This document shows, piece by piece, positions 25,770-39,570 of a stretch of DNA of 64,000 bases. The position numbers and the translations under genes are program-made. Each line of letters starts with the position of its first letter. Within the stretch, counting starts at the first letter, position 1. The DNA is from Octopus vulgaris (lineage: Eukaryota): contig OX597835.1 in NCBI GenBank assembly GCA_951406725.2, positions 49,166,001 to 49,230,000 of the forward strand, read 5' to 3'. Under the pieces are notes generated by a model. It did no database searches. It was not told where the DNA came from and worked only from the letters and a program-made list of their open reading frames with translations.

Positions 25770-26560
25770 GATAACGTTGATGTTTCGATCAAAGATTGGC
25801 CGACGCCATGTCCAACTTAATGGTATCACCTGACAGGATCTGTTAAGTCATTTTATGCTAAGTTTTGTGGAATCGTGGCCAATTCGAATAAGGATGTTGT
25901 TGTTGACTGGGATTTATCCCGGCATAAGAGGCTTATCTGGTGTCCCTTGAAGAAATTTGTCTTGATATCGTTTGAAGTTGATGGGACGTTTGAGCCTGAT
26001 TTGTGTAGGTGGCGTCTGGCACATAGTTCCATCTTGGATGAATTCTGAATTTGATGTTAAATTTGTTTGGGTTACGCTGGTTGTATGTTCTTCACATTGT
26101 GCAAAGGCTGTGGCGCTCACGACGGCGCTGGAGAGAATACTGCTTCAATATTCTATGTCGGTCCCAATAATCAAGATCAGTCATGCCTTTATTTTTTTTA
26201 GTGAATGTTCTTTAAGATGTGTCAATTCTGATACCGTTTTATTTGGTGTAGCAGGATTCTAGGTGTGGCCGTACAAAGGATGAGAAAAGGGGCAATGATG
26301 ACATCTTGCTCTCTGAACCGGAAAGTTCTGAAGATTCAGGGGATCATCCTGCAAGCAATGTTAACTTTATTGTTCATATGGGCGCTCCAGCTGAGAATGT
26401 TGTCAGCAATCCTTCCTAAGACCCTGATATTATTGGATTCTGTGAGTTCTCCCAAAGGAAGACAATATGGTTGTTTAAGCAGATTCGCTTTTGCAAATTG
26501 CTTCAGTTCAAATTTCCCTTCATCTGATTGATTGTTGTCCGTCCATTGGCTTACAGCTGG
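25770..26560 (-). mobile_element. CR1-clade LINE 3' fragment, degenerate
   Basis: AVSQWTDNN..EGKFEL..LKQPYCLP..ILSWSAHMNNKV..IFRTFRFRE..LQRRRER..FKRYQDKFLQGTPDKP; same family as 43880-44700. Confidence 0.8.
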
Positions 26561-26929
26561 AACTCGCTTCGCTCTTCTCCATTCATGATTTTCTGCACCT
26601 TGCAATCATTCTATTCTTTTCTTTTATTCTTTTACTTGTTTCAGTCACTTGACTGCGACCACGCTGGAGCACCGCCTTTACTCGAGTAAATCTACCCCAG
26701 GACTTGTTCTTTGTAAGCTTAGCACTTATTCTATTTTGCACAACACTATTGTGCTCTGTCCGTTGAAATTTAGAAGGTTGTGGCTCTCTACGGAGCCAGT
26801 ATTCTTTGATGTCACTGCTCTTTGGAAAGCTTCGATGACATGGAAGGTGAGTGAGATCGGGAGATCGTTAAGTGCAAGAGACCCCTTTGAAGCCCAGAAT
26901 AACAGATTGGGATGAGAACTATTTCGGTA

Positions 26930-27165
26930 TATACTTTGATACTTTGATACTTTGATAGGTTTCGGCCATTATTGGCCCAGGCCATGTCTAACTTAATAGC
27001 ACCACCTGTGTTTAAATAGCACCACCTGTGTTTAAAGAATTTCTCCAGAGGTTAGTTCGAAGGGTTGGAGTCTGCATTCCTTCAGGACACTGTACGAGAT
27101 ATGTTGGACATTGAGTTCGTTCACATCCCTTGTGTCAATATCAGTGGGATCACTAAAGGCAGAGC
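26930..27165 (-). mobile_element. CR1-type LINE 3' end with (ATCAAAGT)3 tail
   Basis: GCCATGTCTAACTTAATAGCACCACCTG matches 25806-25832; (ACTTTGAT)3 on the plus strand; internal 20-bp tandem duplication. Confidence 0.6.
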
Positions 27166-27267
27166 ACTATACACACACACAAACACACACACACTCACAC
27201 GCAGGTATGTAGGTAGGTAGACAGACAGATGGCTAGATAAAGAGAGAGAGAGAGCGGTAGACAGACG

Positions 27268-27330
<63 letters not shown>

Positions 27331-28653
27331 GAAATTGCGAGTTGATGGGATTTAGACCTACCTTTGACCGGAATAAATATTCCTTGTGAAATTCGTTCCG
27401 GTTCTGTCCCCGCTGAGACCAAATCTACACATCTCTGCTTTTCTCCATCTTGGGCTCCGTAACAAGATACCAGACATGTTTTCGTGTCGATATGATCGAT
27501 AAACATCATCCTACTCTTCCCACAAGTTTCAGGGTTTTTACCAATTATTAACTACCACTTATTGATACATCATCATAATCACTGTCACCCTCATCAAACA
27601 TAATAATTAATCAAACCAAATCAATCATTATGTCTCATTCAGTATTGATATTTGTAGTTCAAATAACCAAATCGATCGATTTGCGACTAATTTACCAATA
27701 AAATACATTAACGGACACTGAGAGATGGAGCGATATAAAACACAGCGCCAGACAACAAGAGTAAAAAACAATAATATCAACATCATCAGCATCAGCATCA
27801 ACAACAATAACATGCACACCACAATGAAAGTGGTAACAACAACAACAACAACGCATATGATACAAACATCAAATAAATATGTTGTTGTTGTTTTTATATT
27901 TGCTTTGTTGTTTCTTTTTGTTTGGTGATAGAGCTGCGTCGTCGATGACAGTCAACCGTTCCGATAGAAATAGAAATAGCAGTCAAATACTCTCTTCAAA
28001 TCACTACCAAGGGATTTTTAAAAGGCTGAAGGACATATTCCTGGGTAATAATAGGTACAACAACATAAAACGAATGGCGGGCAGTAAGGATGGTTCTCCG
28101 TCAGTTTCGACAATGATTTTACAGTTGTTAGATCAACTGAATCATCTGCCCATTGAATTAACCAGTAAGTGGCTGAGTACTCCGCAGACACATGTACACT
28201 TAATTCATCCTCAACTACACAGAGTAACACAGTGTGTGTATGAGAAGACTGTGCTTTTCTGAATTACTGATATAATCCATTTGATGGGCTTCTATGTGGT
28301 TTCCGTCTGTCTAATTTCACTCACAAAGTATGGGTCACCACAGGCAAGAAAAAATTACATTTTCCTCAGATGCAGCACACACACACATATCACTCTCCAA
28401 CAATAGAATTGATCGCTACAAAGAGTTTCTACTAAGAATCTACATCATTCTCTCTCCGATGATGGAATAGATCGCTACTGTTTGTTTTGAGAGAGATGCA
28501 CTACCTGCGCATCTATACTAGAAACAGCTGTAAGAGACTATCTGCACACCTTCAATGCTCTTCTAACAACTCAACCATAATGTGGATACCTGTTGTTTGC
28601 CTGCGTATACTTTTATTCTATTATACATACATTCACATGCACATATACACCCA

Positions 28654-28707
<54 letters not shown>

Positions 28708-28789
28708 AAACCCCCAAAATATGATTCATATCGTAACATGCTGTAAATGTTTGGAAGACTATATTGGACATACTATATTCTTTTCTAGG

Positions 28790-28930
28790 GAGAGTGGGGG
28801 GCAGTCGATTAGATCGACCCCAGTACGCAACTGGTGCTTTATTTATCCACCCCGAAAGGATGAAAGGTAAAGTCAACCTCGGCGGAATTTGAACTCAAAA
28901 CGTAAGGACAGAGGAAATACCGCTAAGCAC
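28790..28930 (-). mobile_element. SINE family B fragment
   Basis: CGACCCCAGTACGCAACTGG..CCCGAAAGGATGAAAGG..GGCGGAATTTGAACTCA. Confidence 0.8.
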
Positions 28931-29599
28931 TATGGACATATAATATTATCACTACACAGGGGAATGGCGGAACATAAACAACTGCTAAATAATAAAAAAA
29001 TCAGGAGAACCCGTTAAATGAACGGATAGTAACGGGCAAGAATGTAACTGCCGGTATCTTTAAATATTTGCATCTAACAAATGCTCAGACCCAACCACAG
29101 AATAACAATAGATGGTTGACGACATAATATAAAATATAATGCCCACCTGAACAGTTGACTAATGATTTACCTGAATTACATATTAGCGTAATATGCTCAT
29201 TTCGCCAACTCCTGCTTATCATTATAACAACTTCAAATATAGCTAAAAAGCTAAAGTTTCGCTCCTGCTGCTTATCTATTTGTTTCCACATAGAGTTTAT
29301 GTTTTTAACTCTGTTGATACCGCTGGATTGATCGTTATTGCCCAGGTGTCAAAACCATAGTGCTATATGTTAGGCAGCTGAGGATGGGAATGCATGTTTG
29401 ATATGCATATTAGTGAGTCTGTTATTCTGCTTTGTCCTTCATTCTTGTACGGTTGAACATCTTTATGGGTTCATGATTACATATAATGATATTGCTTGAT
29501 TAACTTAATGGATAATCGTATTAGGCTAGGATAGTAATTATTTCTAGTTCTTTGAAGGTTGTCATAGGTGAGAGTCTCTCTGTGCGTTTCTATGTATGA

Positions 29600-30065
29600 A
29601 TGTAGGTAGGTAGGTGGGTAGGTTTAGGTAGGTAGGTAGGTAGGTAGGTAGGTAGGTAGGTAGGTAGGTAGGTAGGTAGGTAGGTAGGTAGGTAGGTAGG
29701 TAGGTAGGTAGGTAAGTGGGTAGGTAGGTAGGTGGGTGTGTAGGTAGGTAGGTAGGTAGGTAGGTAGGTAAGTGGGTAGGTGGCAGGTAGGTAGGTAGGT
29801 GTGTAGGTAGGTAGGTAGGTAGGTAGGTAGGTAGGTAGGTAGGTAGGTAGGTAGGTAGGTAGTGGGTAGGTGGCAGGTAGGTAGGTAGGTGGGTGGGTAG
29901 GTAGGTAGGTACGTAGGTAGGTGGGTGGGTAGGTACGTAGGTAGGTAGGTAGATAGGTAGGTAGATAGGTAGGCGGAGGGTAGGTAGGTAGGTAGGTGGG
30001 TAGGTAGGTAGGTAGGTAGGTAGGTAGGTGGGTAGGTAGGTAGGTAGGTAGGTAGGTAGGTAGGC
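29600..30065. repeat. (TAGG)n microsatellite
   Basis: Direct reading. Confidence 0.95.
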
Positions 30066-30247
30066 AGACATGTATATCGTGTACATCGGCGGAAATCGTT
30101 GCTGTTCGAACGAAATGCTTTGAGCGGACAATGACTTTTGCATCAACTCGTACACGTTCCAGCATTATTCTTCTATCCTCAGAGATGCAATAAACCAACG
30201 ATTGGTCCGTTAGAAAGTACGGCGCTATTGTTCACCAACTGCGATCT

Positions 30248-30280
<33 letters not shown>

Positions 30281-31067
30281 TATCGTAGATTTTATATCTT
30301 CTTGTTTCCCACCTCTTCTTCTTCTTCTTCTCGTCCATGATGGTATTTGTGTTTGTTTTTATTTATTCCATTTTGCTGTTATTTATTTATAATTTATTTT
30401 ATTTTGTTCTAATTTTTGGTTTGTTGATGACATTGTTGTTGTTGTTGTTGTTGTTACTATAGTAGCTTGTTGCTAAGTCTTATTGTTATTACTATCATTG
30501 TTGTTGTCGCAGTTATTGTCATTCGTTGTTGTTCTTCGTTGTTGTTGTTGTTATTGTTGTCATTCTCGAATTCTCTTCATATTTTTGTATTTTATTTCTT
30601 TCTCTCTTGTTTTTTCCGGTATTTTCCTTCGTTTCATTATTCATTATTATTTTTTGCATTTCTTTTATTTATTTGTTTCTTTATTTATATTCTCTATTAT
30701 TTTGTTTTATTTCATTTTATATCCATTTTTATTATATTTGTATTTTTATTGTATTTTTCAAATTTTACTTTATTATTTTATTTTTTATTTTGTCTAAGGA
30801 AGAAGCCTAGCATAGTGTCCACAAAAGCTCGTTTATAACATTCCCCCAGGAGACTTTCTATCAAACAGCCTCTATCAAACTGACTTCACAATAAAATTAT
30901 CTACTGAAAGCTTCACATTATCCGTCGCTTTATTTCTATTACTTTTCTTTTCTGTGTGTTTTCCCGTCATTTATGATTATTATTTTGTTATTGTATTTTA
31001 AAGGGCTAGAAAGTCGATAAATTTATTAGAGTGACACGAAAATAATAATTATGATTTTTTTATTATA

Positions 31068-31099
<32 letters not shown>

Positions 31100-31118
31100 C
31101 ATTATTATTATTATTATA

Positions 31119-31150
<32 letters not shown>

Positions 31151-31189
31151 CATTATTATTATTACTACTACCACTACTACTACTACTAA

Positions 31190-31589
31190 GCCGGCGGTCA
31201 GTCAGAACCATTAGTGCGTCGAACAAAATGCTTGACAGCACTTCTTGCGGCTTATTTCGTTCGGTTGTCTCAAATTCCACCGAGGTCGACTTTGCCTTTT
31301 CATCCTTCCAGTGTTAATAAAATAAGTACCAGTTATGCACTGGGGGAACGAAGTTCTCGAAAATTGCTGGTCTTTTGCCAAAAACTTGAATCTATCATTA
31401 TTTCTCTTTGCTTAGTGGCATTTTTGTCCGTCTACTGCACGTTCTGAGTTCGAATTCCACCGAGGTCGACTCTACCTTTTCATTCTTTCGGGGTTGATGA
31501 ATTAAGTACCAGTGAAACACTGGGGTCGATGCAATCAACTTACCCCCTCCTCAAAATTTCAGGTCTTGTGCCTTCAGTAGAAAGGATTA

Positions 31590-31590
<1 letters not shown>
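31190..31590 (+). mobile_element. SINE family B, two tandem bodies
   Basis: Two copies of AATTCCACCGAGGTCGAC..AAGTACCAG; tail GGTCTTGTGCCTTCAGTAGAAAGGATT(ATT)n. Confidence 0.75.
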
Positions 31591-31659
<69 letters not shown>

Positions 31660-32269
31660 CATCATTATTATTATTGTTATGATTTTTATGATGATTATTA
31701 TTATTATTATTAATACTTATTAATTATTTATAAGAGATTGTGATGTTTGATATTCTGTTTACCCGACAAATTGAATCAACTCATACTAATGATATCGAAC
31801 GTACCGCATATAACTGGTATCTAAAAAAACTCATGAAATCAACGAAAGTTATGGAGTAAAGCCTTCGTTCTTCGCATCATGTTACCGTCAGCGCCACCAC
31901 AATCACGACCACTGCCACCACCACCAACATCACCACCACCACCACAACAACAACCACCACCACCACAACAACAACAACCACCATGCGCATCATAAACAAA
32001 ACTAGTTCTTTCAATTCAACTGTTCTATATGTGTCATTTGAAATTAAAGTAGCGAGGTGTTTGCAACGAGGAAATTCTTTATTTGACCATTAAATTCTTT
32101 ACGGAGTCATAAGAGTTCTATTTGGATACATGGTGTCTCTTAGGAACTCTTAAAACATGCGAAGCTCATCCATCTCCGTGTAAAATCGCAGATATTTTCT
32201 GTGAGGGTGGGAAAGAGAGAGAGAGAGAGAGAGAAAGGGGGAGAAGAAAGAGAGAAGGATTAAGTGGCC

Positions 32270-32423
32270 CTAGTTCTGAAGTGGTAAGTTTTTATCAACC
32301 CACCCAAGAGTTTCAAAAGCTAAATCGATCTCAGCGTGACTTGAACTCAGAGCTCAGAGGATTGAAACGAATGTCACAATGCATCCTAACCGATGCTGTA
32401 AGAACTCTGCCAATTCGTCGTTT
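32270..32423 (-). mobile_element. SINE family B, highly diverged
   Basis: TTGAACTCAGAG and CTGCCAATTCGTCGTTT are reverse complements of the B box and head. Confidence 0.55.
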
Positions 32424-32433
32424 ATAAGGGTCT

Positions 32434-32546
32434 GCTTCCAGCATCTACAACTCCCAGGATGTCATTCATCTAAGTACTACCTGGGTACGATATTGATTAA
32501 CTTTGGTGAACAGACGAGAAGCCATATCAGCAACGTAAAAGCCACG
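32434..32546 (-). pseudogene. Degenerate 5S rRNA-derived sequence
   Basis: Minus strand ACGTTG..TTCTCGTCTGTTCACCAAAGTTAATCAA..TAGTACTTAGATGAATGACATCCTGGGA..TGCTGGAAGC is colinear with metazoan 5S (UUCUCGUCCGAUCACCGAAGUUAAGCAA..UAGUACUUGGAUGGGUGACCGCCUGGGA). Confidence 0.8.
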
Positions 32547-32582
32547 GAGTAACTAGGAAACTATGCCGCAACCCCATTCACA

Positions 32583-32970
32583 CACCTCTGCACTTTTCAC
32601 CAAACCCAGTCCCTCTATTCCACCCATTCTGCACTCACTAGCTAAATACATTTCCATCCTTCTTCCTCGAACCAAAATCCCTCTGGAATTTACACCACCA
32701 CCACCACCAGACTCCCCCACTCAACTCACCTTTGCATCCCTCGTCAATCCCTATCTCTCCATGCTCAGCTAGCTGAATATTTGAATACCTCCACCCTCCT
32801 CCCCACGAACTAAAAGCCCTCTGGAAATTCTTCGTCTCAAATTACCTTTGCACCTTTCATCCACACCAGTCTGTAACTGCCCACTCACACTAAACCTACA
32901 AACTGAATATTTGAACCCACTGATCCTTCCGCCACCTAACTAAAATTCCCACCAGAAATCTTTCATCTCG
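32583..32970. repeat. Three diverged ~115-145-bp tandem units
   Basis: Recurrent ACCT(C/T)TGCA..CT(A/G)AATA..AAC(C/T)AAAA..CCC..GAA. Confidence 0.6.
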
Positions 32971-34019
32971 GCTTTCGGAGCATTTGCTTTTCCATTATAT
33001 ATCACCGTCAACATCCTGTGGAAACGGAAAAAGCAAAGGCGCAATCGTCCGGAGACAGGCAGTACGTCAGCTTCCAAGTAGTCAGTGGACATGCTAGTAA
33101 TAGCGGCCAAAAAAATCCCTTAAATCACACTCTTAAACAATTAATGACATATTGGACAATGTATTCCAAGATGTTTGAATAAAAGATAAAGTAAGAATAT
33201 AATGTCTTTGATCATAGATATGGATATTGAGAAGTGACCTAGCAGTGTCTCTAAACAACAAGTTCATCATATTGTGGGAAAACTACAAATGCTATTGGCG
33301 GGTAGAGCGACAGACTTTTATGCCTTTTTTTAAATCCAAACTTTCAATGTTATTTTTGTTTAATATTTCTTTTTACATTTTTCTTTCAAAGACGTCATCA
33401 TTGTTAAGTCATAGATCTTCTTCTGTGACACTATCAAGTCATATATTTGAGTATGTGACAGCCTTACACCGTCAAACTGCTCCAATGCGTTGATCATATA
33501 TCTTCATCAACGACCCACTCTGCTCATATATCTTAATCTGTGTCAACGAATTAGTTAATTCATTTTCAGATCTTCCAGTTATCCATTTTCATTTTAAAAG
33601 TCATTTTCATCATTGATATAATTCGGTGAAATCGTTGAAGCATCGAATCAAATACTGAAGGCGTTTAGCTACAGCGCTCTCTGTTCTGAGTTCAAATCTC
33701 GCCGAGGCCTTGCTTTTCTTACTTCTGTGACTGATAAAATACAACATAAATACAAGTAAACTACTATGGTCCATTAATCAGCTGCTACTTCCCAAAAATA
33801 TATTACGTTGTACTTGACAGAATCGATAGGGCGTTGGAAAAACTGCTTGCGACATTTTCCCGGCATGTTGCATTTGTCGGAACATTTTACATCGCTTGTT
33901 GAGATCAAATTTGCCTTCCATCCATCTCGGTTCGATATCAATCAGATACTGAAACCGATATAGTCATATGAACTGCTGAGTTAATTTGTTATTAAATATA
34001 TTTAAATTTATTTAGCAAC

Positions 34020-34178
34020 AGGCGTAGGAGTGGCTGTGTGGTAAGAAGCTTGCTTCCCAACCATATGGTTCAGTGCCTCTGCGTGACAACTTGGACCGGT
34101 GCCTGCTACTGTATAGCGTCGGCCGCCGACCAAAGCCTTGTTAGTAGATTTTGTAGACGGAAACTGAAAGCAGCCTGT

Positions 34179-34222
<44 letters not shown>

Positions 34223-34380
34223 TTTGTGTTTGTGTTTATCCCCCCCACCACCATCGCTTGATAATCAACAGAATAAATACCAGGCTTACAAAGAATAAGT
34301 CTCTGGGTCGATTACTTCGACTAAAAGGCGGTGCTCCAGCATGGCCGCAGTCAAAGTGACTGAAACGAGTAAAAGAATAT
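34020..34380 (+). mobile_element. SINE family A, full-length with internal deletion
   Basis: Head, (TG)n and tail as in the 18454 copy. Confidence 0.85.
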
Positions 34381-34853
34381 ATGTAACACCAACTGAATGC
34401 TTTGAGCTGAGAAATCGCGCATTCGTTTTCAATCAAAGAATTCCACTGCAATACTTAATTCCAAATCCAAAACTTTCATAAATGTAAGCATATGGACAAC
34501 AGTTGTGAAATATATTTGAATCGGTGGTGCTCCAGCATGACCGCAGCTTTGAAGCTAAAACATTTTAAAGATTGAAAGATTTATATGTAACACCAACAGA
34601 ATACGTTGAGTGCTATTTTCTTTCTTTTGTTCAATAAATGTCCGGTCTGTGTTTAAAAGCAAATCTATTCCAGCCACAGAGTAAAATCGTTCAGTGACGG
34701 AGGCGAGAGAGAATGCTGGATGCGCATTTCTGCCTCGTTGGCCTTTGTTTTTGGCATGTATTCCCAGACAAGCGCATGCTAAGAAAAATCCCTCGATCCT
34801 AATATAGGAAAACAATGATTGAAAACTAACGTGTAGCTATTAGCCGTCCAACT

Positions 34854-35447
34854 AAGGCGGCGAGCTGGCCGAAACGTTAGCACGCCGGGCAGAATGCTTA
34901 GCGGTATTTCGACTGTCGCTACGTTCTGAGTTCAAATTCCGCCGAGGTCGACTTTGCCTTTCATACTTTCGGGGTCGATAAATTAAGCACCAGTTACGCA
35001 CTGGGGTCGATGTAATCGACTTAATCCGTTTGTCTGTCCTTGTTTGTCCCCTCTGTGTTTAGCCCCTTGTGGGTAGTAAAGAAATATAATTAGGTATTTC
35101 GTCTGCCGCTACGTTCTGAGTTCAAATTCCGCCGAGGTCGACTTTGCTTTCATCCTTTCGGGGTCGATAAATTAAGTACCAGTTATGCACTGGGGCGATA
35201 TAATCGACTTAATCCGTTTGTCTGTCCTTTTTTGTCCTCTCTGTGTTTAGCCCCATTTGGGTAGTAAAGAAATAGGTATTTCATCTGTCTTTACGTTCTG
35301 AGTTCAAATGCTACCGAGGTCGACTTTGCTTTCATCTTTTCGGGGTCGATAAATTAAGTACCTGTTGCGTACTGGGGTCGATCTAATCCTCTGCCCCCCC
35401 CCCCCCCCAAAAAAAAATTGGGGGCCTTGTGCCTAGAGTAGAAAAGA
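34854..35447 (+). mobile_element. SINE family B trimer with a 15-bp TSD
   Basis: One head (AAGGCGGCGAGCTGGCCGAAACGTTAGC) plus three near-identical bodies; perfect TSD ATTAGCCGTCCAACT at 34839-34853 and 35448-35462. Confidence 0.92.
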
Positions 35448-36208
35448 ATTAGCCGTCCAACTGAATGAACATTCGTCGAATGCTATACAAGCAGGATTAG
35501 ATTAAAATAGTCATCTGTGTATCGTGCATAATGTCAATACATCGTGAAAAGACAATTTATTTCGTTATTCGTCCGGTGACAGTATCTCTTATGGACGTGT
35601 TGCGTTTAAAAACACAAATATACCAGAAGCAGAGAAAAATGATCCGGCACCAGTCGTGGCCACGCTAAATATTCTGTTTCTTTGAGCTTCGTCAGTGGCA
35701 TGTCTTTTATCGTGTTCTTGTTTCAGTCTGCGGCCATGCTGGGATACTGCCTTGAAGAATTTTTAGTAGAATGAATCGACGCCAGTACTTATTTCCGTTT
35801 TAAGCTTGGTACCTATTCTTTCGGTCGGTTTTGTATGTATATATACACATATACACATACACATATAGATATATACGACAGGCTTCTTTCAGTTTCCGTC
35901 TACCAAATCCACTTACAAAGCTTTGATCGGCCCAAAGCTATAGTAGAATACACATGCCCAAGGTGCCATGTTGTGGGACTGAACCCGGAACCATGTACCT
36001 ACATTGAATATGATACACAAAGTACTATTTTATTCTAATACTACTTCTGTCGTATATAACGGACTTTTATTCAGTCGAGCGGCAAAATGCAACATGCATG
36101 ATTTGTGTTTTCAAACGTCTCACGTCCGTAAGAGATATCTACGGACGAATACAGCAGCAAATGTACTTTGTGCAATGCTTTGACATTAGCGCGACACACA
36201 GGTGGACT

Positions 36209-36243
<35 letters not shown>

Positions 36244-36606
36244 AATGTATAGTATGCGTGTGGCTGATTCAAATGTTAATGTGGGGACCAACAAACAGGA
36301 AGCGACTTAGGGTTCGTCCTGCCAGAACTTCGGTCGACCAACAGGTGGAAGAATCTCGTCTGATAAAGAGCAACCAACCAAAACCATTGGAGAATTTTTT
36401 AGTCGAATGAATCGACCCCAATATTTCTTTCTTTAATCCTGGTACTTATTTTATTGATCTCTTCGCCGAACCGCTATGTAACGGCGTAGTAAACACACCA
36501 ACACCGGTTGTCAAGTAGTGGTGGAGGACAAACACAGACTCAAACACACATACACAAACACTTACTTAAATATACATACATACATACATGTATATGCATA
36601 TATGGG

Positions 36607-36874
36607 TACAGGACATCACAAAACGTAAACAATATGAAATACGAAAACAACACGAAATATGAAGACAAATTTCGGTATGCAAACAACGAGAGAAACAAAT
36701 AGAAAACAAGACAAGTAACGTAAAGAACGACCCTTCATCCCTTGTCGGCTGTCCATCCACACCTCATTTCGAGGCAGTATCCCAGCATGGCCGCAGACTG
36801 AAACAAGAACACGATAAAAGACATGCCACTGACGAAGCTCAAAGAAACAGAACATTTCGAGCATATAACGACAA

Positions 36875-36924
<50 letters not shown>

Positions 36925-37129
36925 TTCATCTACACCTCATTTAACAACTGTATATATATATTTCGTTTTGGGATTTGGTTTGCAAGATTCTTTATATGAG
37001 TTCGTGTGTTGAAGCATATTCTGTTGTCTGGGGAGATTCATTTTCTTTATATGTATCTATCTATCTATCTATATATATATATACAGTTGTCGCTAAATGC
37101 TCGAAATGAGGTGTAGATGGACAGCCGAC

Positions 37130-37131
<2 letters not shown>
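36607..37131. mobile_element. Fragments of a dispersed repeat (possibly Penelope-associated) in both orientations among (TA)n
   Basis: GTTGTCG..ATGCTCGAAATGAGG..GGACAGCCGACAA at 37086-37131 (+), 36730-36877 (-) and 55225-55385 (+). Confidence 0.55.
36773..36852 (-). other. 80-bp inverted copy of 35672-35751 inserted with an 8-bp duplication
   Basis: Identical to the reverse complement of the donor; CATTTCGA at 36765-72 and 36853-60. Confidence 0.9.
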
Positions 37132-37188
<57 letters not shown>

Positions 37189-37265
37189 CATACATACATA
37201 CATATATATATATGTCTGTATATATGTATATATATATATATATATCAAGAACCGGATCCGTAGTA

Positions 37266-38020
<755 letters not shown>

Positions 38021-38029
38021 ATATCATAC

Positions 38030-38119
<90 letters not shown>

Positions 38120-38121
38120 CA

Positions 38122-38191
<70 letters not shown>

Positions 38192-39570
38192 TCTTTATAT
38201 ATATAAAACTGAGAATGTGTGTCTGTCTGTCTGTCTGTCTGTGTGTTTCCCTAAAACTTGAGAACTACACAACCAATTTCATTCAAATTTTACACATGCC
38301 TTACTTAGGGTCCGGGAAGTGTCATGGGCAAAAATTTTATATATATAACGCCCTAATGGGAGCCTTAACTCCCAAATTTTAGTCATTTCTTTTATGATCC
38401 AAAACTAGGTCAAAAGTACTGAATGGATCTTTATGAAATTTGGAAATTATATCCTATGCATAAGGGCTTAACCCCCATGACAATTCATATATTTTTGCTG
38501 TTGATGAATTTTTAACCATAGATATTAGACACAAATGAAGTAATATTTATAAAATTTCATCTTCTTACAAGTTAGAAAGACCCCTCCATAGGGACTTAAC
38601 ACCCACAATTTTTTCATTTTATCTAAGCAAAAACGAATATAGTTGTGCTCTTGGAAGCTGTATGGTTACCCGAGCATAAAAGTTGGGCATTATTTCTAAT
38701 TCAATGGTACAACAGTGTAACAGTTTGCTTTGACATACACTTACATTGTGATTTCTGCAATATGGTGCATAAATTGTTAAGTAAATGAGAAGCATCTTTG
38801 ACTCCACTGATTCAGGTGCAAAGTTTTGAGTAAAGTTATTTGATTGCAGATCTCCTTTCAGTCTTTTTATTATCACTGGGACACACAGTCCCCAGATGGT
38901 AACATTGATTTCAAGGCCATCCCAGATGAGTGACTGGTTATTCAAAGACATTTATAGATTGTAAATTTATTCTGTCCAGTTACGTATCAATATAGGGGTC
39001 ATTTGCAAACTCCAGAATTGACACTTTCATTTCTCCTTAGCCCTCACGTTACACATTTGTTAATGTTGATTTCGGTTGGGTCATGCCCTTCCAAATGCTA
39101 TAGATTCGTAATGCATCTTACGGCTGTGCCAGTCACCTGGATGGTGAGGAATCCTATATTGGGAGTGCTAACGACTAGGGTAGGGTAACTGACTGCTTAT
39201 TGTGATCATTCGTCTTTTGGTTTCCTGTATATATTTCCTATTTCAAAGAAATTCAAACAATAGATATAAGACCAAAGTTAAAAAGATTCTCAACAATTCA
39301 ACTTCTCTAGTTCACATTAACATGCCCACCCCCAACAGGGGCCTTAACTCTCACATTTAAGACCTTCATTTTTCAGAAGCAAAATCCTTTTAACAGGTTC
39401 TATAAGACTGGAATTTTGGAATATGCGCATAAAAATCAGTAGTATCGGATACATGTGACACAAATACAATTTTTTTAGGGTGTGTAAAGAGAGAAATAAC
39501 CCTCATCTGCAATTTTGATGAAATTCGAAAGATAGATATTCCAATTCATTACAGAAAATATAACAGAAAA
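38192..39570 (+). mobile_element. Non-autonomous Helitron-like element; 3' end not located
   Basis: A|TCTTTATATATATAAAACTGAGAATGTGTGT(CTGT)n..ACTACACAACCAATTTCATTCAAATTTTACAC is typical of Helitron-like non-autonomous 5' ends. Confidence 0.55.

Noticed and set aside
29562-30198. (PTYL)n extensin-like ORFs
   Set aside because: Translation of the (TAGG)n microsatellite.
35655-35700. Hammerhead-like CTGACGA..GAAAC on the minus strand (also in the 36773 insert; similar at ~54205-54240)
   Set aside because: Stems II and III and the cleavage triplet do not form convincingly.
38619-38951. 110-aa ORF inside the Helitron-like element as a captured gene or RepHel fragment
   Set aside because: No Rep/helicase or other motif recognised.
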